Below are positions 38,467-47,131 of a stretch of 64,000 nt of DNA, one piece after another (position 1 is the first letter of the stretch; every line of letters starts with the position of its first letter). Made by a program: the position numbers and the translations under genes. The DNA is from Candidatus Latescibacterota bacterium (GTDB lineage: Bacteria > Latescibacterota > UBA2968 > UBA8231), in contig OZ253462.1 in NCBI GenBank assembly GCA_965261395.1, positions 5,312,001-5,376,000 on the forward strand. The letters run 5' to 3'. The notes below the pieces were generated by a model. That model did not search any database. It saw only the letters and a list, made by a program, of their open reading frames with translations, and had not been told where the DNA came from.

Positions 38467-39075
38467 CTAGGACTCGCCCAAAATTTCCTGGAGCAACTCA
38501 GGATGCCGTCGCCGCAACTCCAGTAGCCTGCTGGCTGTTCCCACCGGCGTCAAGTGAGCAGAGCGCGGAATCTGCTGCTTCTCTTGTAGCATACCTCCGC
38601 GCTGCTCTACGTCCTGAATCGCGAGCGGTCGTTGGCCAAGGGAGTAGAAGAGTTCCGGTTCAAGCTGCACGAGGGCCGGCAGATCCCTGGGTTCAGCGCG
38701 TCCAATCGCAGTGCCGACGTACACGGCGACTTTCCTACCCGCGATAAATCCTGGCTCGTTCCCTTCCCACAGGAACTGTACTCCTTCGGGCACGCTCTGC
38801 GGAAGAAGCGGCGACACCGCACCGGTTGGATCTAGCGAGAACGGACGAATCGATCTCGCAAAGGCGACCTTGCAGCCGATTTCTTCGAGTGCCTCTCTAT
38901 ACAGGGCATCCTCAATGGTCTCGCCCTCCTCGACAGTTCCACCGATACAGCCCATTCCAATCCTCAAAACTCCCTCTTGCTGACGCCTCCATTTCGCCGA
39001 CTTCTGGAGTTCAAAGAGGAATCTATTTTCGACTCTTAAAAGAATTGCAACGCCAATGATCAAAATACCTGACAT
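38467..39075 (-). CDS. NUDIX hydrolase domain protein
   Basis: Nudix box GGTVEEGETIEDALYREALEEIG. Confidence 0.85.
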   Translation of the reverse strand: MSGILIIGVAILLRVENRFLFELQKSAKWRRQQEGVLRIGMGCIGGTVEEGETIEDALYREALEEIGCKVAFARSIRPFSLDPTGAVSPLLPQSVPEGVQFLWEGNEPGFIAGRKVAVYVGTAIGRAEPRDLPALVQLEPELFYSLGQRPLAIQDVEQRGGMLQEKQQIPRSAHLTPVGTASRLLELRRRHPELLQEILGES

Positions 39076-39154
39076 ATCCTATTTGGTGCGGCTCAATGCC
39101 AGTCAAGCTGTTGGACTTCCGTGCGAAGGTCGTCAGGGGAGGAGAGACGTCTCC

Positions 39155-39469
39155 TTATACTTCAAGTGCCATGTTAAGCGGCTCAATCGTCTCTAGTGTC
39201 TGAGCCTCAGATTGGGTGGCGTGATACAGATCCCAGCGAAGTTGAAGATTCAGCCAAAACGCAGGCGACACGTCGAGATATTTTGCTAGGCGTAGGGCTG
39301 TGCTCGGAGTAATACCACGTCGGCCGTTTACCAATTCGTTGACCCGCTGATAAGGAACATGAATCGCGGTAGCCAATTCGCGCTGTGTTAAACCCAAAGG
39401 ATTTAAAAACTCCTCCAGCAACATCTCACCAGGGTGTGTCGGAACGCGATCTGTTGGAATACGTACCAT
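39155..39469 (-). CDS. higA: HigA family antitoxin (Xre HTH)
   Basis: THPGEMLLEEFL...GRRGITPSTALRLA...FWLNLQ. Confidence 0.93.
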   Translation of the reverse strand: MVRIPTDRVPTHPGEMLLEEFLNPLGLTQRELATAIHVPYQRVNELVNGRRGITPSTALRLAKYLDVSPAFWLNLQLRWDLYHATQSEAQTLETIEPLNMALEV

Positions 39470-39493
39470 GGATCGACACCTCTTGTTCAGTAA

Positions 39494-39787
39494 TTAGTGA
39501 TAGTCGACGATCTCGACAGCCTGAGGACCAGCATCCGACCATACAAAGCAAATCCGGTATTGATCATTGATCCGAACACTATATTGTCCAGACCGCAGGC
39601 TCCGCAAGGCCTCGAGATGATTGCCAGGTGGACTGCGTAAGTCGCGCAGTTCATCGGCCGAGTCCAGTTGTTCAAGCTTTCGTGCAGCTACAGTCCACAA
39701 AGACGATGGACAAGTACCGCGTGCAGCACGTGTGTCCCGTCCATTGAAGATATCCTCAGTGCCAGTACGCCGGAACGATTGAATCAT
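39494..39787 (-). CDS. higB: HigB (RelE/ParE family) toxin
   Basis: MIQSF...ARKL..L...PPGNHLEAL...GQYSVRINDQYRICFVW...VEIVDYH; toxin-first gene order. Confidence 0.93.
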   Translation of the reverse strand: MIQSFRRTGTEDIFNGRDTRAARGTCPSSLWTVAARKLEQLDSADELRDLRSPPGNHLEALRSLRSGQYSVRINDQYRICFVWSDAGPQAVEIVDYH

Positions 39788-39808
39788 GATAGCATTATAA
39801 CACGGAAC

Positions 39809-39997
39809 TCATGCTACGTCAATTATATGCATATCTGGAAATGATACAGGGGTTCTCCCGGCCTTACTGATGACTACCTCATCGGGCGATGCAGTTGGAA
39901 GGTGATCCTTTAACACAAGCACTTCGTAGCCTGCCTGTCGTAGATCATCTACAACCACCGTCGGCACGCAATGGTCAGCAAAGAAAACTGCCGCCAT
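39809..39997 (-). pseudogene. Truncated DUF5615 PIN-like toxin
   Basis: FFADHCVP..VVDDLRQAGYEV..PDEVVISKA, then unrelated sequence; lacks the second half (TxDxDF). Confidence 0.75.
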
Positions 39998-40221
39998 CAA
40001 GCTGCTACTTCAAAATCGGCCAATTCACGGGCATAATCCAAGCAGGCGGCGATGCTCTCGGTCGTCAGATCTGGGAATTCGGCTATGATCTGGTCAGCGG
40101 AATAGCCATCCGCCAAGTAGCCGAGTACCAGAGCCACAGGGATTCGGGTATTCTTGATACGCGGTTTCCCGCGCAGCACGTCCGAAGTGCTCTCGATGTA
40201 GTCTTTCCACGCCGTAGGCAT
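39997..40221 (-). CDS. DUF433-domain antitoxin
   Basis: GKPRIKNTRIPV..VL..LA.G....I..EFP.LT...I.ACL.YA; GGAGG RBS; TGATG coupling to the PIN gene. Confidence 0.9.
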   Translation of the reverse strand: MPTAWKDYIESTSDVLRGKPRIKNTRIPVALVLGYLADGYSADQIIAEFPDLTTESIAACLDYARELADFEVAA

Positions 40222-40439
40222 TGTAAAGCCTCCTATTGAGGACTACATAGCTAAAGGAATACGGTCTGGGGCGAAGCAAGAGTGAGACGCCATTCCTTTA
40301 AAAATGCAGAGGTCAATAATGGTCTGCAGATTGCCGTTTTGTCCTAATATATAATCCAGATCCGCTAAGAGAAGTCCATTGATCAAAGCACGAGTTCTTA
40401 CTTTCTGATGATGTTGTTAGGCGGAACTGTCGTGCTCTA

Positions 40440-41333
40440 TCAGGATAAGGCTCTGAGCGATGCGACTCTTATATCGTCAAGCTCATCCGCACTGAACACC
40501 TTGGCCTTGAACAGGTTCATGTATTCTTGCGAGACGCTCTGACCGAAGATCATTAGATCGTCTGTATTGACCGGCACCTCAACTCCGTGATCGAACAACA
40601 CAGCGGATGGGATGGGACGCGAGATTGGCAGTTGCGCCCAGCATAACGTTGCTCGAAGGGCAGATGTGTAGTCGAATCCTATTTTGCGCCAACCACTCCA
40701 TGACTTCGGCGGATTCCGCGGCCGCAATACCATGTTGTATTTCCGCTAACCCAAGCACTTCAGCCGTCTCCTGCACCCGTTCCGCTCCTCTAAACTCTCC
40801 CACGTGTGCCTTCAGTTTCATCCCGGCCGATTGAGCATAATGGACATAAACAGGCCAGAGTCTATTCCCTCGCGGACCCGGTCCTTGATCTCGGTGTTGC
40901 CGATGGTTTCTCGTGCGATTCCCAGTTCCGGTCTCAGATCAATCCGCTCGCGATGGCGCTCTACCAATTGTCGGATGAATGCCGCAAAACCGGCAAAGCC
41001 TGTTTCGAAGTGGCCAGCCGAGCGCACATCAAAGCTCATCTCTAGTCGCTGGACTCCATCTTGCATCGCATCGACCACCGCAGCCTCCGCAGTGAATTCA
41101 AAACCAGCTAGTGAGTTGATGTAGGGATCTAGCGCCTTGGAGGTATAGTCCAGCATTCCACGCAGCCCTCGCATTGGGGTAATCGGCCTAGCCAACGAAT
41201 GCCCTAGCCAACGCTCGACGTTCTCGATCCGCGTACCGAAGTAACAATGACAGTGGTAATCAGCTTTCGGCACACGCCGTACTGACGCTAGGTCCTCTGT
41301 CTCAAGAGCCTGAGCAAACGGGATAGCTATCAC
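40440..41333 (-). pseudogene. Adenosine deaminase-like amidohydrolase, disrupted
   Basis: PKADYHCH, KAHVGE, IQHG, ICPSSN and NTDD motifs are spread over three reading-frame segments; apparent deletion/frameshift near 40840 and +1 frameshift near 40602. Confidence 0.85.
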
Positions 41334-41437
41334 CGATAATCTCGCCTAGTATTGTTCCTAGTCCTGAATCGAAAAGACATTGGGTGAAAGACCGCATGGC
41401 CCAAGCCGGACATGGAAGTGTTCGCCGAAGCATGAAC

Positions 41438-42103
41438 TCACGCGAGGTTGCGGATTGTGCTCGGCAACTCGTCGAGATTGTCAACAATCGCATCCACAAT
41501 CTCAGGTGCCTCCCAGTACGCATCTCGCTTCCAAATCGCTTTCATCCCGTAGGACCTGGCACCCCGAATGTCGGCTTCTGAGTTGTCGCCAATCATGACA
41601 GCCTGATCTGGCGAGACGCCTAGGTTGTCGGTCGCCCGCTGGAAGATTTCCGCATCCGGTTTGGCGACCCCTTCGGCTTCCGAGATCAACATGGTGTCGA
41701 AATAGCGAGCGATCCCCAAACCATCAATTTTCGGCTGCTGTGAATCAACTCCCCCGTTTGTGACGAGCCCCATCTTTAAGCCTTGTTGCCTGAGTGTCGT
41801 AAGCGTCTGATGTGCCTTCGGAAACGGAACGCATATATGGGGAAAGTAGGTCAGGAAATCATCCAGCAACCTGTGCCAAGTACCGGGCGAGAGAGCGAAG
41901 TCGCGTTCAATGCGCCTAAACAGTTCCTCCTTATCGGCGTGGCCATGGGCATCCGACTCAATTACTCGATCCATGTATTCGCCAAATGGGAGAGCGTGCA
42001 GGTCATTGGCCAATCGTTCGACCTGACCGTACAGATATACTCTAAGGCAGCTGAGCCGATCCAACAGTGTTCCGTCAAGATCGAAGAGCACTGCTTGTAA
42101 CAT
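41438..42103 (-). CDS. HAD family hydrolase
   Basis: FDLDGTL, VTNG, KPDAEIF and IGDNSEADI motifs. Confidence 0.92.
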   Translation of the reverse strand: MLQAVLFDLDGTLLDRLSCLRVYLYGQVERLANDLHALPFGEYMDRVIESDAHGHADKEELFRRIERDFALSPGTWHRLLDDFLTYFPHICVPFPKAHQTLTTLRQQGLKMGLVTNGGVDSQQPKIDGLGIARYFDTMLISEAEGVAKPDAEIFQRATDNLGVSPDQAVMIGDNSEADIRGARSYGMKAIWKRDAYWEAPEIVDAIVDNLDELPSTIRNLA

Positions 42104-42137
42104 TAGTACCTAGCTTCTGTGAGTCAGAGATTAGATC

Positions 42138-42617
42138 GACAGCAGACAACCGGGCTACGGTCGCAGCCTGCATGTTGCACGCCGTGCGCGGCGGCACATT
42201 GTAGAGAACCAGCGGCAGGTCCACGGCCTCAGCAATGGCGCAATAGTGACGGTAAAGCCCCTCCTGAGTCGGCTTGTTGTAGTACGGCGTCACCGACAGA
42301 CAGTAGTCGGCACCGTCGCCCTGCGCGGCCCGAGTAAACTCAATGGCCTCAGCCGTCGCGTTGGCACCAGTGCCTGCGACCACCGGCACGCGGCCATCCA
42401 CCCGGCGCACCACGGCTGCGATCACTTGTTTTTGTTCGGCGTGAGTTAGCGTAGCCGATTCGCCAGTGGTACCCACCGGCACAATACCGTGCGTTCCGGA
42501 CTCCAAGTGCCAATCCACCAAGCCGTCCAGCGCCGCCCAGTCGATGGCCCCCGATGCCGTCATCGGCGTCACCAAGGCGACCAAGCTGCCCCTCAAATCA
42601 TTCATTGCCTGAGACAT
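42138..42617 (-). pseudogene. dapA: 5' fragment (about 160 aa) of 4-hydroxy-tetrahydrodipicolinate synthase
   Basis: ALVTPM, GTTGESATL, AGTGAN, TPYYNKPTQEGL and LYNVP.RT; homology stops just before the Schiff-base Lys. Confidence 0.85.
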
Positions 42618-42755
42618 GATACCCCCCGCGAGATGAGAAAAAATGGAGGATTGAATGAAAGGTACTATTGTAGGGTGTCAAGGAGGCGACGACGCGCTAT
42701 GGCTCGCACCTTATATATTGCGGTATTCGGGAGCGACTTACACGCCCAATAACTC

Positions 42756-43355
42756 TCACCCCTCAGTTGCAGCGTCCCCAAGCGGATGCAGATCAATCGG
42801 CGTCAGAATCCCATAGAAACCGTATTTGATGCCCTGTCGATCCCCTTTCCCCGGAGGAAAGTATTCTTCAATAAGCGCCAATAATCGACGACTAAATTCG
42901 GCTGCCTGTTCTTCCGATAGTCGCGCGCGGTTGTGATTGACGGATTGCTGGAATGTCGAACCGTATAAGCCCTCGGCAGCTTCGCGAAACGCTTGATTGA
43001 ACTGGCTGGCAACATCCGTTGGTATGGCCTCCGCAATTTGGTCATTCGACGAAAGGGACTCTCGAACGCGAACTTTGCCTACCGCTGGCAAACAACGCCA
43101 TTCTTGGGGGCCTGCTTCATCTTCCTCCAAATGTACGACACCTGTTTGCGTCAGCCGTTGCAAGTGGTACAGCACCCGAGCATCGGTAACGTCCAACGTC
43201 TGCGAAATTTCTGCAACCGACTTCCCTGCTCCAAGAATTTCGAGGATGCGCCAACGAAGCGGATCGGCGAGTACATTCGCACGATCATCTTCGATAACAA
43301 GTACCGAGTCCTTTAAGGAGTTGGTCGGAAATGTCAATTCACGCCACGTACTCAT
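42756..43355 (-). CDS. ArsR-like winged-HTH transcriptional regulator
   Basis: LADPLRWRILEIL..SVAEIS..VLYHLQRL..GVV. Confidence 0.82.
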   Translation of the reverse strand: MSTWRELTFPTNSLKDSVLVIEDDRANVLADPLRWRILEILGAGKSVAEISQTLDVTDARVLYHLQRLTQTGVVHLEEDEAGPQEWRCLPAVGKVRVRESLSSNDQIAEAIPTDVASQFNQAFREAAEGLYGSTFQQSVNHNRARLSEEQAAEFSRRLLALIEEYFPPGKGDRQGIKYGFYGILTPIDLHPLGDAATEG

Positions 43356-43391
43356 TTAGACTCTCCAGTGTATAATCGAGGGAACTTTCGC

Positions 43392-43664
43392 TCAGCCATC
43401 GAGGAGCGCTTCGGCGATGTTGGTCGCGTGAGTGGTGACGATGACCGCCATGGCGACAGCCATCGGACCGGTCGGGCCGGATATTTGGGACCGCGTCCCG
43501 CCGAACACCGACGCAAAAAAGCCAACCGCAATGGCACCGTATAGTCCGGCCGCCGCCCCCAAGCCCGACGCCACGCCAAAGGCCAGCGCCACCGGCAGCG
43601 CCACCACCGTTGCCGTAAGGGCACCAAAAACATCCCCACGAAGTGTATGGAAATCGTAGTTCAT
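43392..43664 (-). pseudogene. 5' fragment of a SulP-family anion transporter
   Basis: GDVFGALTATVVALPVALAFG..GLYGAI..GG..QISGPTGPM; only about 86 aa of a protein normally >500 aa. Confidence 0.85.
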
Positions 43665-43740
43665 CGCATCGCTTCTTGGGATTGGAGAGGAGTTCAGCCT
43701 TGTTGACCGGGCATGTCCAATCCCTTGCTATAGGGCAGAC

Positions 43741-43818
43741 TTAGACTGGCTGGAGCCGATCATACGAATCCGCGGTCGTTGCGAAGTAACTGCGCCATTC
43801 AGGTAATGAAGAATCCAT
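43741..43818 (-). pseudogene. Possible 5' remnant of a class I SAM methyltransferase (25 codons)
   Basis: GGAG RBS, then MDSSLPEWRSYFATTADSYDRLQPV*; the F..A..YD pattern resembles methyltransferase N-termini. Confidence 0.35.
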
Positions 43819-43875
43819 GTTCTACTCCATCTGACGAGATTAATTCTGATTCCAGATGTCGAGTCTAACCCGTGC

Positions 43876-44739
43876 CTATATCCCGACTCCGAACTTCTCC
43901 TCAAACTCCGTCCATATCTCAGCGGGCACTTCCTGAGTCGCCGCGTCATAGGCGTCTTGGAGTTGGTTGCGGTCGGCCGGACCGCTCATGACGATACCAT
44001 CGATGGGCGCGTCGAGGCAGAACTGCATGGCCAAGTGCTTGATGTCCACATCCTGCTCTTGGCACCACTCCCACATGGCGTGAGCACGCGGCTCGGCGGC
44101 CCGGGTCGGCTCGATGCCGGTCAAGCGACCCATGCCAAAGACGCTGGCTAAGATCAGGCCGGTGCCGTGCTTTTTGGCCAAGCGCATGGTGGTGCGAGCG
44201 ACGGACTGGTCAAGCAGCGTGTAGTCGAGGAACGTGAGGACGATCTCGGCGTGGCCGGCTTCAATGGCAGCGCGGTGGAAGTCGTGATCGCGGACCCCTA
44301 AACCAATGTGGCGCACCAAGCCTTCTTCTTTCATCTTCTGCAACTCGTCGAAGGCGCGACCAGGGCCTAACGGGTCGGCAATATCGGGCGGGTCGTGAAC
44401 CAGCACAGCGTCGAGGTAATCGACGCGAAGCGATTGCAGACTTTGCTCGACGCTCCAGCGCGTGGCCTCCGCGGAAAAGTCCTTGGGACGCTCCGGGTGC
44501 GGGCCAACCTTGGCCTGCATGTAATAGCTCGACCGCTCGACGCCGGCTAGTGACTTGCCCCAGCGGTCCTCGTTGCGGCCAGCATAGCTGTCGAAGTAGT
44601 CGATGCCTAGATCGAGGGCGCGTTCGATGGTGGCGATGGTTTCGGCCTCGCCGGACGCACCGACGAAGGCTGCTCCCATGCCGAGCGCCCGGGGCTGCAT
44701 GCCGGTGCGGCCCATGTTGCGGCGCGGTAGGTTGCTCAT
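43876..44739 (-). CDS. Aldo/keto reductase
   Basis: GRTGM..LGMG, DYFDSY, AKVG, SLQSLRVDYLDAVLVHDP, GLVRHIG. Confidence 0.9.
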   Translation of the reverse strand: MSNLPRRNMGRTGMQPRALGMGAAFVGASGEAETIATIERALDLGIDYFDSYAGRNEDRWGKSLAGVERSSYYMQAKVGPHPERPKDFSAEATRWSVEQSLQSLRVDYLDAVLVHDPPDIADPLGPGRAFDELQKMKEEGLVRHIGLGVRDHDFHRAAIEAGHAEIVLTFLDYTLLDQSVARTTMRLAKKHGTGLILASVFGMGRLTGIEPTRAAEPRAHAMWEWCQEQDVDIKHLAMQFCLDAPIDGIVMSGPADRNQLQDAYDAATQEVPAEIWTEFEEKFGVGI

Positions 44740-44743
44740 GAAT

Positions 44744-45190
44744 TTAACTCCCTTTTATCTCGTATAACTCGATTTCAAAAATTAAGGTCGCGCACGGGGG
44801 GATGCTGCCCGGCTTGCCCTTTTTGCCGTAGGCCAGTTCCGGCGGGACCACCAGTCGCGACTGGCCGCCGCCCTTCATCATCTGCAAGCCCTCTGTCCAA
44901 CCGGGGATGACCCTTTTGAGCGAGAGCGTGCTAGGGTGACCCCGTTCGTACGAACTGTCGAAGACCTTGCCGTCGGCAAACATGCCCTTGTAGTGGACGG
45001 TGACGCGGGCTTTAGGTCCTGGCTGGGGGCCGTAGCCGGCCTTTAACTCCTGATAGATGAGGCCGGATTCGGTGCGCACGGCTCCTTCTTTGGCGGCCTC
45101 GCCGTCGAGGAAGGCTTGGTCGATGGATTCAGCGCAGGGGTCGGAGCAGGCGGCGAGCGCCAATAAGGCGAAGGGGAGTAGGGCGTTCAT
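44744..45190 (-). CDS. FKBP-type peptidyl-prolyl isomerase (lipoprotein)
   Basis: LAAC lipobox; VHYKG..GKVFDSS, VIPGWTEGL, PPELAYG and LIFEIEL motifs. Confidence 0.95.
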   Translation of the reverse strand: MNALLPFALLALAACSDPCAESIDQAFLDGEAAKEGAVRTESGLIYQELKAGYGPQPGPKARVTVHYKGMFADGKVFDSSYERGHPSTLSLKRVIPGWTEGLQMMKGGGQSRLVVPPELAYGKKGKPGSIPPCATLIFEIELYEIKGS

Positions 45191-45361
45191 GGCGTTACCT
45201 CGGGGAGTGAGGGTGGGCAGGCATACTCTCCATATTAGCGCACGCGGCCCGCTCGCTCAAGGGACGGCGCGGGAACGGATATGGACAACAGAGAACTCCG
45301 CGCGTTATGTTACCTAAACGTTGCACAACTTACGTCTCGCACGGAGGATAATACAGCGAAT

Positions 45362-47118
45362 ATGGGAAAACGGTCTAGGGCACTCGTTTGGCGCTTGGCA
45401 CTCTTATGCGGCGTAGGGCTGATAGCCTGTGGCGGCGAACAGACACCGGACGGTTTGCAGCAAGTGCCGCGCAACCGCACGCTAATCGTCGATTGCGCCG
45501 AGAACAACACCTGCGGCGGCCAGATCCAAGACTACAACACCTTCAACCCCTTCGTGCCGGGCGGGATCTCGCGGATCGGCTATCAGTTCCTCTACGAGCC
45601 GCTCTACTTCTTCAATGGCTACAAGGCCGACGCCGAACCGCTGCCGTGGATCGCCACCGGGCACCGGTTCAACGCGGACTACACCGAAGTCGTGGTGGAT
45701 ATACGCCCAGGTGTGGAGTGGAGCGACGGGCAGCCGTGGACGGCGCACGACTTTGTCTTTACGGTTAATATGCTCAAAGAGCACGCGCCGAACCTAGTGT
45801 TCTCGACCGATATGGAGACCTGGGTCCAAGAGGCAGTGGCCCTCGACAGCCTGACGGCGAAGATCGTCCTCAAATCGCCTAACCCGCGCTTTCTCTTCAG
45901 TTATTTCACCCACAACCACGGCAACGGAGTGCCGATCGTCCCCAAACACATCTGGGAGGGGCAAGATCCCTCGCGCTTTGCCAATTACGATCTGGCCAGC
46001 GGTTGGCCGGTAGTCACGGGGCCGTATCGCATTGCGCTGTCGGAGCCAGCGCAGCGGATCTGGGATCTGCGCCCGGACTGGTGGGCGGCCAAGATCGGCT
46101 TCCACGCGCTGCCGCAGGTCGAGCGCTTGATCTTTCTGCCCTATATGGAAGAGCACCAGCGAGTGCAGAACCTGCTGGCCAACAAGCTCGACACCTGTTT
46201 GGAACTCCGACCGTCCAATATCATCACCTTGCTCGAACAACACGACAAAATGAGCACCTGGACGGGGCGGGAGCCGCCCTATAGCTACATGACACCGTGG
46301 GCGATCACGCTAGGGTTCAACAATACGGAGGCCCCTTTCGACGATCCCGAGATCCGGCGGGCGATCAACTTCGCCATCAACCGCGAACAACTGGTCGAGA
46401 TCGGCTGGCAGAACTCGGGCGACTACGCGCTGCTGCCGTTGCCGGACGTGCCGCAGATGCAGCCCTATTTCGCCGCGGCGGCGGATCTAGTGGCCCGATA
46501 CGAGATCGGCGTCCACGACACTGCGCGCACGGCGGCGATCATGTCGCGCAAGGGATGGATGCGAGGGCCGGATGGCTTCTGATGAAGGACGGCGAGACAT
46601 TTTCGCTCGTCATCGATATCTTCGCGCATTTTCAAGACCTGACGCCGATTTTGGTCGCCCAGCTCCAAGCGGCGGGTTTTGACGCCTCGTTCCGCATGAC
46701 TTCGGACTACATTTCGCGGATGGCCCAGGGTGAGGCGCGCGCTTTTATGTTTGGCAACCTAAGCTCCATGCGCGATCCCTACCAAGTGCTGAGCCACTAC
46801 CACAGCCGTTTCGCCAAGCCGACGGGCGAGACTGCCGAGCACTACTGGCGCTGGCAAAACGCCGACTTCGACGCGCTAGTCGATCGCATGGCGCAGACGC
46901 CCAACGATGCGCCCGAGATGAGGGCGATTTACCGGCAGGCAATAGCGATCTGGCTGGCCGAGTTGCCGGCAATTCCAATTGTGCAGTGGCCGCACCGGAT
47001 TCCGGTCAACGAGACCTACTGGACGGGGTGGCCTTCGGCAGAAGATCCCTATATAAACACTTCGTACTGGGCGCGGTCTTGGCTGTTGGTGTTGCTCAAT
47101 TTGCGCCCGGTTGGATAA
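45362..47118 (+). pseudogene. ABC transporter family-5 substrate-binding lipoprotein split by a 1-nt frameshift (real or sequencing error)
   Basis: LIAC lipobox; LYEPL, WSDGQPWTAHDFVFT, TGPY and RRAINFAINRE. At 46577-46588 TTC TGA TG AAG; adding one G gives DGFWMKDG and joins the C-terminal ORF ending at 47118. Confidence 0.85.
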
Positions 47119-47131
47119 AGTGCCGCCCTCC

